A stretch of DNA of 64,000 nt, taken from contig OX597821.1 in the NCBI GenBank assembly GCA_951406725.2, positions 19,468,001-19,532,000 of the forward strand, read 5' to 3'. Under the pieces are notes generated by a model. It made no database searches. It saw only the letters and a program-made list of their open reading frames with translations, and was not told the DNA's origin. Positions 1-13,818 of this stretch are shown here, piece by piece (the stretch's first letter is position 1; every line of letters begins with the position of its first letter). This DNA is from Octopus vulgaris (lineage: Eukaryota). A program made the translations under genes and the position numbers.

Positions 1-185
1 GTATTAAAAATTCCGGTTTGTTAATATGTCCATTACGGAGATTATCATCAATATAATTTTTTCTCTTCCTTTCTACCCACATACCCACATACCCACCTTT
101 CATAGTCACACACACTCTCGCACAGGGAGATAGAGACACACGCACCCCCCCACACACACGTATATATATACATTCACATAAATAA

Positions 186-2356
186 CACTGGGCAACAAAG
201 ATTTTGCTGCTGAGGTAAAATCATGTGTTTTAGTCCAAATCGAGGATGCTGATCCCAAATGCGCCCTCAGAATGGTTCTAGCACGTCTGGATTTCGAGTT
301 ATGTGCATGCGCAAGATTATAACTACACTTCCGGCTAGATATAGGCTGTATTATAAACTTTTCTAAAATAGGAGTGGCTGTGTGAATTACCCAGACAACT
401 TTTGTTATGTCTGAGGACAATTTGCTCCGCGTGACCAGCAGTAGAACATTGTCAACATATTAGATACTGCCTATAATTATTACTTCGGATATAAAGTTGG
501 GGTCTAAGAGAAGAGGTGAGCACGTCATATTTATTGTACCGTGTGCTACTCTGGGTTTACACAGTGGCTGAATGGAAAACGGAAGGGAATGCCTTTTGCT
601 GTACCAATGGTATGGCGTGTGCCAACCAATCATGTCTCTTATTGTTACTTTTGCGTGACTAATATTAGTGGTTTGTCAAAGAAAACCTAAACAAAAATTA
701 TGTATGCAGATTGTAAGACGGCTCTCAAACCGACATGACTTCGAGAACTCTCTCTCAGTTCCCCTCTCACATGATTCACTTTAAGACTTTGACGCGTCGC
801 ACGATGAACTCCCTGATTCTCCTATCGTCGAAGAGTACTTAGTTGTTTCGAAGAAAACTGAGCCACGCTTGTTTAATCAAGAAAATTTGAACGATTTAGT
901 AAGAAACCTGGCATTGTCAAAGGAGGAGGCAGTAGTTTTGGGATCCAGACCACAGCAACAGTATCTCCTACAGTAAAGTACGAAAATTTCCATTTTTTGT
1001 TCCCGCCATGAAGGCATATCAGTATTTTTCAAGCAAGAAAATAATGTTTGTTTCTGTACTGACGTTAATGCACTGATGCGAAAACTAGGACATCTGCATG
1101 TGGCTAACGAATGAAAATTGTTTATAGACTCGAGTAAGGTTAGTCTCAAAGTTGTTTTGTTACATAATGGTAATGAAAAACCTTCCATTCCTGTGGGTCA
1201 ACATGACCCACTGGAATGGAAGCTTATGAATAGATGGAACTCATTCTGAAAGGAGTTAATTACTCAGTTCAAAAGTAGAAAATTTGTAGTGATTTAAAGG
1301 TGACTTTCTTCCGCTTAGGACTGCGTTATACCAAAAATATGTGCTCCCCTAAAAATAGGAGCTTCGATATACCAAAAATATGTGCTTCTTGTTTGTTTGG
1401 AACAGCCGCAACAACAGCAATCATTACACTGTAAAAGACTGTCCTGAAAGAGATCAGCGCACAGTTGGTCGGTACAATGTGCAGCATATGTCACTGGTTG
1501 ACCCGCAAAAGATCTTCCTTTCACCCCTTCACATCAAACTCGGCCTTATGAAAAACTTCGTAAAAGCAAAACACACGATGGTTGTGACTTTCAGTACCTA
1601 AAAGTAAAACTTGTTGCATTGAAAAGTGACTGAAAAACTGAAAGCAAGCATTTTCATTGCACCCGAGTTCAGAGAATTGATGTGTAATAGCAAATTCAGA
1701 GGTAAACTGAATCCATTTCATCTGAAGATATTGGATTTATTCGTGCTACTTGAATAGAATTTTCTTGAAACCATGGGGCTGAACACTATGCTGATTTAAT
1801 AAACAATATGCTAACAGCGTATAAAAGAATGGGATGCCGAACGTCCCTTAAAATGCACGTCTTGCATTCTCATCTCGATTTTTTTACAACGAATCTTTGT
1901 GCCGTTAGTGATGAGCATGGTGAGAGGTTCTACCAGGCCATATCTGAGATGGAAACGAAGTATCAAGGCCAGTTCAATCCACACATGATGGCTGACTACT
2001 GCTGGTTCATATAAATGGAGACCAGCACGAAACATAAGCGCAAGAACAAGTGTCTCAGACATTTCTGAGCTGAAAATATAAAAAATAAAATGAGTATTCC
2101 CTTAACATAAATATACTATGTACCATTATACTATAATACTATTTGCCTTGATCATAAATATACTATATACAGTACTACCCTATTATTATAATTATTTATC
2201 TTGAAGTTAACCATTCCCGATAATAATTAATATATAATTATCAAACACCTGACGTGCTACAGCAATTCGGAGTTCAGATTCGGAATCAACGTTCTCGATT
2301 TAGTTTAGTACAGCACCATCTGTATGGGTAGGAGACAATACTTTTTTTGACCAGTG
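186..2356 (+). mobile_element. Chapaev3-type (CMC superfamily) DNA transposon, full length, transposase decayed
   Basis: Termini CACTGGGCAACAAAG ... CTTTTTTTGACCAGTG, with imperfect inverted similarity over about 100 bp (TAGCACGTC/GACGTGCTA). TAA on both flanks (183-185, 2357-2359) matches the TWA TSD of Chapaev3. Transposase motifs LHIKLGLMKNFVKA and SLKMHVLHSHLDFF..NLCAVSDEHGERFYQ.I..ME..YQG...MMADYCW. Confidence 0.85.
390..2068 (+). pseudogene. Chapaev3 transposase pseudogene (many stops and frameshifts)
   Basis: ORF fragments 1380-1601 and 1808-2014, plus upstream motifs MPFAVPMVWRVPTNHVSYCYFC at about 589-655. Confidence 0.8.
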
Positions 2357-2432
2357 TAATGCATGCACAAACACACAGGTAAATATATGAGTAAATGAGT
2401 AAATAATGAGCAAATGGGTTTATTAATATATA

Positions 2433-2667
2433 TATTTCTTTACTACCCACAACGGGCTAAACATAGAGGGGACAAACAAGGACAGACAAAGGGATTAAGT
2501 CAATTACATCGACCCCAGTGCATAACTGGTGCTCAATTTATCGACCCCGAAAGGATGAAAGGCAAAGTGGACCTCGGCGGAATTTGAACTCAGAACGTAA
2601 CGGCAGACGAAATACGGCTACGCATTTCGCTCGGCGTGCTAACGATTCTGCCAGCTCACCGCCTTAA
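2433..2667 (-). mobile_element. tRNA-derived SINE family 1 (head GGCGG(C/T)GAGCTGGCAGAA, tail GTAGTAAAGAAAT)
   Basis: Similar to the copies at 14886 and 35698. 15-bp TSD GTTTATTAATATATA at 2418-2432 and 2668-2682. Confidence 0.85.
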
Positions 2668-3787
2668 GTTTATTAATATATAGGGTAGCTCTGACCATTA
2701 GGTGTGTATGGCATTATAGGTTTTACTGTATTTTTATTAATTATTTCAGGTGCGTATGTTGTCATTAGCTGTCTCGATCGTCCAAACCAAGGTGCCAGTG
2801 ACGCTGTGTTACGTAGAAGGAAACCTATCTACAATAATACCCGCCTGGTACGTAATTTGATGCGAGCAATCAGCAAGAACTAAAGAATGGGCCTTAAAGC
2901 TATACTGCGTCACCTACTCACACCACCAAAACACTTATTCACTGCTAGTGTCCCGATATTCTAGTACAATTTTACATACAGACACATTCGCATTCACACG
3001 TATATATGTTATTTCATTTTTTTAAAATTGAAACTGAGTGCGCAGCATGTCATCTACATATACTGAACACTCACTTGATACTCGTCCGTCATAAACATTG
3101 TTAGCGAAGCACGTCACAACTGTTTTCTTGGCGGGTAAGTAATGCATTATCATAGCACAAAATGCGTCATTGGAAGAACGTCCATTGTTACCTTCACTAT
3201 TCTCAGTTTTTTCCCTAAATCATAATTTTCTCCATCTCCCTTAACTAAACTATTCGTCTATTATTTCTGCTATAATTAATCGGACCAATTTTCATAACGA
3301 GGAATTAAGTAAATTTATTGCTAAAGCAATCATTAAACATATCACCCCTTTAATGTAATAAACAATATAGCACTATGAATGTTTATTTGATTTTTTGAAA
3401 CTGTCTTCACATATATTTTCTCACAGTCAAATGTTATGACTACTGCCTACACTATACAGGTATACAATCTTGTTTAGCCAGTACCAGCCTTTATACGCAA
3501 GGTCTCTATGTTTCCTAACACGTTTGAAATAGAATTACCTGTTACCTAATTTTTAACGTACAACCTCATTCTGCTAAACAGCAGATTGTAGTACCACCAA
3601 GTGTAAATTTCTTAAATGTTTCTAACAATCATTAGAAATTTAATACGACGATCAGTTGTTGATCAGTTTGTATAGTTGGTAGACTTGGTGGGATGAGAGC
3701 TTCATGATGAATTCCATAATATTATAGATTAGAAAATTACTATTTTTTAAAATCTCACAACGTTAGATATTCAGTAGCAGTACTTTG

Positions 3788-3904
3788 TAGTAAAGATTGT
3801 ATGCCAACATAACCAGTCCTGGTTTAAATTACCCGGGGCTAAATTACAGCAACATTAGTCCTAAACCAGGGCTACCATGTAATGCTGGCAAACAATCTTT
3901 ACTA
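3788..3904. mobile_element. Small palindromic MITE-like element
   Basis: TAGTAAAGATTGTATGCCAACAT pairs with ATGCTGGCAAACAATCTTTACTA. The right half and the upstream flank recur at about 39087-39160 and 38861-38920. Confidence 0.55.
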
Positions 3905-4017
3905 TAATATAGATGTTATGCATTTTGTATAACTGACTTATAACTATTACGTCACAATAAAGACTCTTTATGAAACAACTGTAGTAGTACCAGATTAACC
4001 ATTCTATAGCTCTGGAT

Positions 4018-4160
4018 CACACACACACACACACACGCACAAACATACACACACTCACACACACAGACACACACAGATGCACACACACAGATGCACACAC
4101 ACAAACAGACACACACACAGACACAGACACACACACAGAAACACACAGGTACACACACAT
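4018..4160. repeat. (CA)n compound microsatellite
   Basis: Read directly from the sequence. Confidence 0.95.
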
Positions 4161-5694
4161 GTATATACATGTATAAGTAAATAGTAGAAAATACATGTTT
4201 TTATTTCCTGATAGAAATCCCTCCAAAATAGCTAGTCGGACTTCCGCTTAAGTTTCTTTTCAGTTTTACTTTCATCAAATAAACCTATTCAAAATAATCA
4301 GCAGAAAGACTATGTACATACGCGCGGACATGCGCACAACAGATGGAGAGAAACATTACTTAAATAAGTAAATAAAAACACTCACCACGCAGAGAAATCT
4401 AGAAAATAGTATACTAACCTGGCGAGAGCAGCCACCTAACTGAACACACACACACACTTCACTTCTTTATAGTAAAAACAAATTGACACACACAAACACA
4501 TATTCATTTGTCCAAAAGTAAACTCCATAAAGTATAGACGTTTTCCTACGGCGATTTTCGGTTATTCTACCTTAAGCTTTCTCTTAGGTTACATTATTTT
4601 ATTTGTCTTTTCTCTGAGTAAGGGAGAATATAATGATTCAACGTCACTTATACACAAGTGTTATCATTATACCTATAAACCCTAACTACAGTTATAACGT
4701 CATATAGACATATACGCAAATGACATGTATGTTGAATATTTTAATTGTGTCCTTTAAACCGCTATAAGAAACGTAAATCAAAGATTACAGAAATGCATAT
4801 TTATCTATGCTCAGTTAAAAAACAAACGTGAAGAGAAACATTTTCTTTTTAATTATTTTTTATTATATAAATATAACATTTTATATTATTTACAGTAAGA
4901 AACATAACTTTGTCGTGAAGAAAAATGACTATAAATTCCTTAGCTAATTTCTTCTTTCTATCTAATACATTAACCAACAAATCAAAATAGATTTGTGATT
5001 AACTTAGACATGGCATAAAATTTACCGATGTCTCCAAAAGAGTGAGTGACGTGGAGTTCCGTGTCACCAACGAACACTGAAATATTTTCCAAAATCCAGG
5101 GTTTTTATAACTGCTCAACTTGACTAAAAAGAATCGAAAGTCATGACAGATATTCTTTACGAAACTTCTAGAATCTTTATATGAGCAGTTATATTAACCA
5201 ATGGAAAAAAAACGAAAATGATAATTCTTCGGCTAAGACATTACGTCATATTGCCAATTCGCGCCACATTTTAAAATGGCTAAAATGGTTATTGCTACAG
5301 ATGAAAACCCCCCGGTTTACAAAATTAATAGATAAGGTAATATACAAAATTCACGACTGCCACAAGAGCATCAACTTACTATAAAGAAATCGATAACTCT
5401 CTCCGACCTACAAATGTCTCAAATATAAGCACCGCCCCAGAGAAATTACACACTCACACAGAATATATTTCTGTAATGCAGAAAGAAAGAGGACTGCCTC
5501 GTTATTTGGAATCTTAAATTTTTATTTATTAATGGTTTATTTCTCTGACAAGTATTTATATATCCTTTATTATATCATTTAATGTGGTAGATCTCCCTTT
5601 GATCGATTTGAAATCCTACCAGCTTTTGTGCATTGTAAATCGTCCTTTGATACTGTCATCTATGACTTGTGCTGTTGTGGCCGATAAAAGAAAC

Positions 5695-5746
<52 letters not shown>

Positions 5747-5924
5747 ATTATTATTATTATTATTATTGCAACTGTTGCTATGAATTACTCGTCTGCATCG
5801 CTGTGATTATAATCTCTCTCTCTTTGATTACATCTGTTATTTCAGTTGGCGCCATCGTGGTTTTGAAATTGTATTAGTGCAGATTTCTATCGTCGGAATT
5901 AAATTTGATAAATGTCATAATTAT

Positions 5925-6000
<76 letters not shown>

Positions 6001-6041
6001 CATTATTATTGTTCTTGTTCTTATTTATAATAATAATAATA
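5695..6041. repeat. Two (TTA)n microsatellites (about 5695-5767 and 5936-6010)
   Basis: Read directly from the sequence. Confidence 0.9.
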
Positions 6042-6839
6042 ATGAAATCTTTTAATAATAGTAATTGATTCTGTTAATAATACAAGTAAATGAGAATGTG
6101 CAGGATTTTTCACAATTATAATCACCCCGAACAAAGAAATGTGTGAGTTAAATTGAGGAAATAATAGAAAGAGAGTATTAACACCATCAGACAAAAATTA
6201 ATAAGATACAGAAAGGAAAAGGTCTTTTGAAAACAAATAACCCAATAATAATGATTTAAAAATCATGTTTCAGAATAGAGGTGCAATGTGGCAAACGTTA
6301 TTACATGCTAAATTAACGTGGAAATTTTTGGTAATTAACATGTGTTCTTGTTAATTGAAACGTGAGATTGTAGTCCTCAATACCAATTTCAAGATAGCGA
6401 ATAATGTAGACACGCTTTTAGTTTTCGGAATGGTAATAAGGGTTATGTTACCGGGCATATACGTGGCATATATTGTATTGCGATATATATTATATATTCA
6501 TTATGGGCGGAAATTAGTTGCGTATGTAACTATAAGGCGTCGATGTTTGAGAGGAGATTTTGTTAAATAAGATTATCATTCTAGTTTTTATTTTGTAGTA
6601 ATTATTTTATCAGCAGCAGAGTGAAATTAGCGTTTAATGTAAATATATACGTATTGAAATTCGATTAGTTCCGATTCTAATCATTAACAGGTGTTATTAT
6701 CGGAGATTTGTGTAGTCTCCGACATGAGGATACCAATTTGATAAATATAAATAGTATACATCATGTACATTCCCCTCCTCAGAAAATATAGAATACACAC
6801 ACATATATATATACATACATGAGTGTGTATATGTATATA

Positions 6840-6888
<49 letters not shown>

Positions 6889-7034
6889 TAATTGTTATCG
6901 CCATATTAATATGGCATTCTTATAGATATAAGAATAATCGCTGCCGCTGGTCAGCTCCAAGATAGCTATTGATACACGATCTGTACCCATTATAACCTTC
7001 GAACAAGGGAGGTCAGCCGCTTCACACTGCCAGT

Positions 7035-7090
7035 CCGACAGCTACAGACGCGTTTCGGAGTATTGCCCCTTGTCAATGTAGCGCAGTCAG
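7035..7090 (-). ncRNA. Type I hammerhead ribozyme, U3-A8 core variant
   Basis: Minus strand: CUGAC-UGC-GCUACA | UUGACAA | GGGG-CAAUA-CUCC | GAAA-CGCG-UC^ | UGUAGC-U-GUCGG. Helix I is 6 bp plus 5 bp, helix II is 4 bp, helix III is the palindrome ACGCGU, cleavage triplet GUC. Confidence 0.8.
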
Positions 7091-7332
7091 ACCCCGCAGG
7101 TGTCGCCACTGACGTCTCTGTTCGAAGGTTTCTATTTACCTAGTTTCAGTGGAATACATCCACTTGTTTTCAATAATAGAAATATTAAAATTACTAAGTC
7201 TCTATAAAAGAGATTACGGCAGCGTTTACTGGAAATTAATTGTTATCGCCATATTATTATGGCATTCTTATAGATATAAGAATAATCGCTGCCGCTGGTC
7301 AGCTCCATGAGGCCACCGCCTTAAGATAGCTA

Positions 7333-7374
7333 TTGACAAGGGGCAATACCCCGAAACGCGTCTGTAGCTGTCGG
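7333..7374 (+). ncRNA. Family A hammerhead, 5'-truncated at the inversion junction
   Basis: UUGACAA GGGG CAAUA CCCC GAAACGCGUC UGUAGC. The 5' strand of helix I is replaced by junction sequence. Confidence 0.65.
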
Positions 7375-8289
7375 ACTGGCAGTATGAAGCGGCTGACCTC
7401 CCTTGTTCGAAGGTTATAATGAATACAGATCGTGTATCAATAGCTATCTTAAGGCGGTGGCCTCATGGAGCTGACCAGCGGCAGCGATTATTCTTATATC
7501 TATAAGAATGCCATATTAATATGGCGATAACAATTAATTTCCAGTAAACGCTGCCGTAATCTCTTTTATAGAGACTTAGTAATTTTAATATTTCTATTAT
7601 ATATATATATACATACATATATATATATATATGTATGCATATGTGTGTATATATATATGTGTGTATGTGTTTATAAAGGGCATGACAAAAATTGGAAATG
7701 CACTGCGCATGTATAAGAAGAATTTATTGATATTAATATTAATAAAATTTGCTTGTTTCATATTTCTACTATTTTCAAAAGTGTAAAATTTAAGTGACTT
7801 GGATGAGCACCGCAAACTGTATCGTCTGCATCAACACATACACTCACGCACATGTACACATACACACATACAAACTCATACACACACACATACATATACA
7901 CACACATATAGTAAATATATAATCTAAAAAGGCTGATAATTAAGTAGAATGAAATGCTCGTGTAATTACCTATTGCACTTAGTAGATAAAATTCCACACA
8001 CTCTTCAAGGTTTTCAAAATTTTAATTAACGACACTAGCAAGAGATTTTGAAAACATGGCGTTAAATAGTTGCTTAGAAGACAGTGTATCAAATATATAA
8101 TTTAGTCTACACGTAAACTCTAAGAACATACCGATTGATAGTAGCTTAACTTTCGACTTACTTTAGAACATGGTTGAGTCCATAAAATAGGATTTGACTA
8201 CACCTCCATTTAGAGCACGGTTTAAGCTATCTTTTCGTGGAAGTCGGTTTATGTTCCTATAACCTGTGTTAATTATGTAACCCTTTAAA

Positions 8290-8678
8290 ATGGAAGATAA
8301 GAAAGTTCATTTTCGGCACTTGATGCTTTGGGAACCAGACAAAAATTGCTGCAGCTCGGCTGGGATTCGTTACCTCACCCTCCATATTCACCAGATATTG
8401 CTCTTTCGAATTTCCACTTATTCATGTTTCTGCAGAATAGTCTTAATGGTAAAAATTTCAATTCCTTGGATGACGTAAAAAGATACCTTGATGCATTCTT
8501 TCCCAAGAAACCCCTTCAAATCTGGGAAGAGGGTATTTTCAAGTTAGAGGAGGAAAGATGGAGACGCATTGTGTAACAAAATGGTTCATATTTGGTTGAT
8601 TAAAAATGTAATGGCAAGTATTTATTCATCTTTTTCTTTCCTATAAAAATCAGCACGAACTTTTCGGACAACCCAATA
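8290..8678 (+). mobile_element. Internally deleted mariner transposon (N-terminal start fused to C-terminal DDD end, with 3' TIR)
   Basis: MEDKKVHFRHLML joined to KLLQLGWDSLPHPPYSPDIA.SNFHLF (YSPDLAP-type motif). 3' TIR-like GCACGAACTTTTCGGACAACCCAA followed by TA. Confidence 0.8.
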
Positions 8679-9773
8679 AATTACAGTTACTCAAACAGAG
8701 TTAGTAATATTTCTTCTATTTCTAACATAGGTACTAACACTTGCGCCAAAAATATATTTTCTTCTAATTCTAAGATGGTACTAGAATGAGCGCCTCAGAA
8801 ATAAAGTAATTAAATATCAAGTTGATACTAAAATAAAGAAATTTAAGTACAAAATATACTGAAGACCACACAAAAATAGTGCTAACCTGTTACAGAAAAG
8901 ATTTTATTTCCAGATAATCAGTATTCTATATCGGGCTCCTTTACTAAGAGATCAGAATTGTTCGGGAAATACAGACACATGATATTTCTCATTTAGAAAT
9001 TAGAAACGAATACTGGAGCACAATGAGGTTTTAATACTCTATCACTTACTGTATTTAACCGATAAATCTTACATGTTATCTTCACATTTCACATTTTTAT
9101 TTAGCTATTTAACATGTTCAAATTAAGAAAGTCATGGACCCATAACTGCTACTTCGGTTTATTACAAAAATTTTCACCATAAGAATGGAAATACAACTTT
9201 TGAGGAACTGAATTTTATTAAACTGAAATTTTATCCCATTTTGTTTTATGTTCGCAAACACTTACAGCTTAGTTTTGCTTTATTTCTTCATTGAAGAATG
9301 AATCATTAAGAATTGTTGCTTAGGTCGATTGGTACTTGAACATGAACCGGAATTATATAAGCACACACACACACACATACACACAAAAACACACACATAT
9401 TGTATGCGTCAGCATAAAAGTATCAAAGCTCTAATATCGAGTAACCACATAACTGTATACGTCAAAATATTGCATGGGCAAGAATTGATGTAACATATCA
9501 AACGAGAAAGCCATTTGATATGAAAGCTTTACGTGATTTTAATGACAACTCCCGCAATGACTAGTCTTATAAACATAGTAACTTCCTTCATAAGAGAGAC
9601 ACGCTATATATCACTGTATAGTATGACAACGTTCTTCCATTACATACAGTGAACTATGTGAGTTCTACGCATCCTTGGTTTGGAAAATGTTTTGTAACCT
9701 ATATACAGAAGACAGTTATATTTTATCATTATTGCTTCACTATTCATATACGTAGCACTATTAGTATACGAGT

Positions 9774-10033
9774 GGAGTCGCGTGGCTTAGTGGTTAGTGT
9801 GTCAGGATCAAGATCGTAAGATTGTGGTTTCGATTCCTGGACCGGGCGACGCGTTGTGGTCTTGAGCAAAACACTTCATTTCACGTTGCTCCAGTCCAAT
9901 CAGCTGGCAAAAATGAGTAACGCTGCGATGGACTGACATCCCGTCCAGCTGGGGAACACATACGCCATTGAAACCGGGAAACCGGGCACATGAGACTGGC
10001 TAGGCTTGAAAAGGGCGCATTAATTAATTTTTT
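9774..10033 (+). mobile_element. tRNA-derived SINE (body B + tail Y)
   Basis: A box TGGCTTAGTGG, B box GGTTTCGATTCC. TSD TATTAGTATACG at 9759-9770 and 10034-10045. Confidence 0.85.
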
Positions 10034-10909
10034 TATTAGTATACGTAGCATTACTGCTTCACTATAAATATACGTAGCACTAAGTGAATCTGCGTTTTAG
10101 TATTTGCATCCATATTAAAATATACAAAATGTGTTACGAGTGTCACATGTTGAAATCCCATCTAATTATTTCGTTTAATTGTGCGCCATAGTCTTATTTG
10201 TGTAGCGCTTCATTTATGTCAGTCCGTGTATGTGTAACTAAGTTCATATTGTGAGCTAGTAAATAAATGAACAGGGGTTTTCTTTCCATCTTTAATTCAT
10301 TTATAATGTCCTTGGAATTATCGTGTGCAATATTTACATCATGTATAAAGACTGTATATTAAGATTTGAAGAAAATGTGGTTAATGCTTCTATTTCTAAT
10401 TTTCGTGGTTGTTTGGCGGTGTACCAAGTCTGCTCCAGAAGATATATGATCGAATGTATCCCCACTTCCTTTCAAATATCAACCGGGACTCATTCGAAGG
10501 ACAAGGATATTTTGCTATTATTTCTTGTTGGCCGCGGACAGTTGGTGGGATGTGCAATGCACAAATATTCCTTCATTGTTGCGATTATCAAAATAATTTT
10601 CTAAATAAACGCGAATATGCTTTCAAGCTTCTATAGAAACTTGTGTGAGTTGATGTATCTTCTATGAATAATAATATATCTTTATGTACACTTGAATGCG
10701 AATACATATGTGCATGTGTGTCTGGTATTGTGTGCTTCTTCATGCGTATGCGCGTGTGTCTCTATGTGTGTGTCTGCTTGTGCATGTGTGTGTATGTGTC
10801 CGTTTGCTTGTCATAGAGAACAGTTCAATTGGAGTCAACATCACATCAAACATCGGTGACCTGGTTGATCTGATGTATTATTCAACTGTTACGATTAGTC
10901 ATATTGGAT

Positions 10910-10956
<47 letters not shown>

Positions 10957-11077
10957 TATCATCGTCATACACTCCGCCATCATTATCATCATCGTCGCCG
11001 TCATCATCATCATCACAATCATCATCTACAGCACCATCATCATCAAATCACCATCGACGTCGTCGTCGTTGTTTTTG

Positions 11078-11115
<38 letters not shown>

Positions 11116-11822
11116 GATATTATTATTCTCACCATAATCATTTGATCTTCCTCCTTGTATTCCTCCTCTTCCTTACCATCCTATTCATTACAATCTTCAT
11201 AATCAATTTTAATCTTCCACCCGATGATAATGATGATGACGATGATGATGATGATGATTATTACGACAATGATGATGATGACGATGACATTGGCGATGAC
11301 GACGATGAACACGAGAACAATGATGACGTTTGTCATCAGTACAGTCGTCGTCACCCCATCATCATCCTCATCCCATTATTATCATAATCATTTTATCCTC
11401 CTCTCTCCATGGTGACTGTTATTATCACGACGGTTACAACAACGATGATGACGATCATCATCATCATCGTCACCATCATCATCATCATCACCACCATCAT
11501 CATCATCATCACCATCATCATCATCACCATCATCCTCACCATCATCATCACCATCATCATCATCATCATCATCATCACCCATTCATCATCATCATCATCA
11601 TTATCATCCTCCTCCTCCTCCTTTTCATCATCATCCTCATCATCATCATCATCATCATTGTCACCATCATCATCGTCACCATCATCATCATCACCTCCAC
11701 CATCATCATCATCACCATCACCATCATCGTCATCATCATCATCATCAACAACAACAGCAGCAACAACGTCATTGTCATTGTCATCGACGTCGTCGTCGTC
11801 GTCCATGTCGTCCTACTCCTCC
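10910..11822. repeat. About 0.9-kb compound (CAT/GAT)n trinucleotide repeat field
   Basis: Read directly from the sequence. It produces the poly-H/I/S/D/M ORFs in the track. Confidence 0.95.
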
Positions 11823-13479
11823 TGAACTCCAGAGAAAAGAATTATTGTTATTATCATTTAAATCAACAACAACATTCTCACTGAATTATCGATTCTCCAT
11901 TTGCAGAAAATAGAGAAAACAGAAAGCTTTCTGATGTCGTTTTGTTATATATTTTTTTCTTTTTTCCATTTTTATTCCAGTTCTTTTTATGTTTTCCTAA
12001 GCAGAGTTTCATTAAGATGTCAGTCAGAATTACAGAATTTCCCCGTCATGGTCTGTCAATGCCACAGGGGGAATCGTGTAAAACAACATCCGATAATTTC
12101 TGGTTATTGAAAGTGAAGAAAAAAAAAAAATAAAATAAATGTACTCGTTTAAATATTTTATATTTTTACATTAGTTTTTCTAAACGACGAAATATTAGAA
12201 TTTTCATCAAAAGAAAAGAAAAAAAAATAATAATTGCCATAAGTTTAGATACATGAATTTTCTTTTGTAAGATTATTTACAAATGCATTTTTGGTTAGAT
12301 TCGATTGAATCTTTAGTGAGTCTATAATTGAGGATATTGAGGAAAACATAAATAAGTCTTTTTTCGTAAGCCTGAGGTGAAGTGCAAGTATTTTCTTGAT
12401 AACTTTTGACGACATGACAATGTTTAGCTCAGGCTTTTGTCGAGGCATTATCCAAAATTTTGTATACAAAAATAGGTGATAGGTATTTGTATACAAAGAT
12501 GCGATATGAGGAGTGACGGATTTAAGCGATGAGATAATTAAGGTGAACTCGCGTTTTAGCTTAGGTATTCTCTTTCTCTTCATTTGATATGACAGTGTCT
12601 AACTCAGACAAATTTCAGGATTTCTCCGAGGCTCTATGTACAAAGAGTGGTGAGAATATAGGTGATAACAGGAAAAAGTTTGAGAGAGGATATAATTAAC
12701 ACTGCAAATCAGAGGATAATTAATGTACTTGATAGAATTTATTTCGTTTTGGAGATGATATATATCGTTTTGAGTAAGTCATTCAACGTGTTGCTTGATG
12801 AAGTAATTCTGGCGCTTTACGTGTTGCGAAAGTAGAAGAATTTGATGAGATCTTACTTGAATTTTTTTCAGTTTTATTGTGGAAGCGTTTGCTGAAATCA
12901 TAACTGACGGCTTTACAATGTCTTCCATTAATGTATATGCTTAAGAGAGTTTTCCATTTCCGCTGCGACAAACTACAGATTGATATTAATTATCATATTA
13001 ATGATACGTTTATTGACATAAATAGTATGTTCTATACATGACCTTACGCCCAGTGCTGTGTTCTAGCTTTAATGTCTTAAAACATACACTCATGATTAAT
13101 CTAGATGTGAAAGCCACAGTCGCACACCCTGTAGGTATGTCGTAAGACTTAGAGAATCTCTGAGATTTCTGAACTCTTGAAAATAATTAACTGGGATTTT
13201 AAGTAGATCTTAGCCGATATTTCATGCAGAAATGTAGATGACAAAGTAAGGATAATGTAGCGAATGCTTTGGTTGATTAGGTGTGCATGTAAAAGGTGGT
13301 GTCGAAGAATTCAATCAGATAGAATGAATGTGTTCTATGGTTAGAAGCACAATCCCTCACACTGTTAAACAACATCATCTGGCACTTGTTATCTATAGAG
13401 GAGCCCAATGTGCTGCAAGGTATGTGCTCGATGAAAGCGTAAGGAAAACAAATTCCTTGCCACCATATATATCTATATG

Positions 13480-13573
<94 letters not shown>

Positions 13574-13654
13574 GAGAGAGAAAGAGAGAAAGCTAGAGAG
13601 AGAGCGAGAGAGAGAGAAAGAAAGAGACAGAGAGAGAAAGAGAGCAGCAGAAGC

Positions 13655-13810
13655 ATGGCTGCGCAGTCAGGAATTTGCTTCTCAACTAGATGGTTCTGGG
13701 TTAAGTACCACTACAAAAAACTTGAACAAATGTCTTCAAGTATAACTTCGGGCTGAGCAAAGCCTTGTGACCGGATTTGATAGACAGAAAGTGAATGAAG
13801 AGCGTCGTAT
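13655..13810 (+). mobile_element. Degenerate SINE family 2 head
   Basis: Similar to 34238-34403 (GCCTTGTGA.. GGATTTG.TAGAC.GAAA). Confidence 0.6.
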
Positions 13811-13818
13811 ATATTATA

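Larger units (their letters stand above)
6885..7600. mobile_element. Hammerhead-bearing non-autonomous retroelement family A (about 364-bp monomer): partial tandem plus inverted copy in (TA)n
   Basis: Sequence from 6885 repeats at 7233 (period 348; the first copy lacks 16 nt). 7333-7600 is the reverse complement of monomer sequence. (TA)n on both sides. Related copy at 49041-49365. Confidence 0.85.

Noticed and set aside
10696-11884. Poly-His/Ile/Ser/Asp/Met ORFs
   Set aside because: These are translations of a (CAT)n microsatellite that is open in several frames on both strands.
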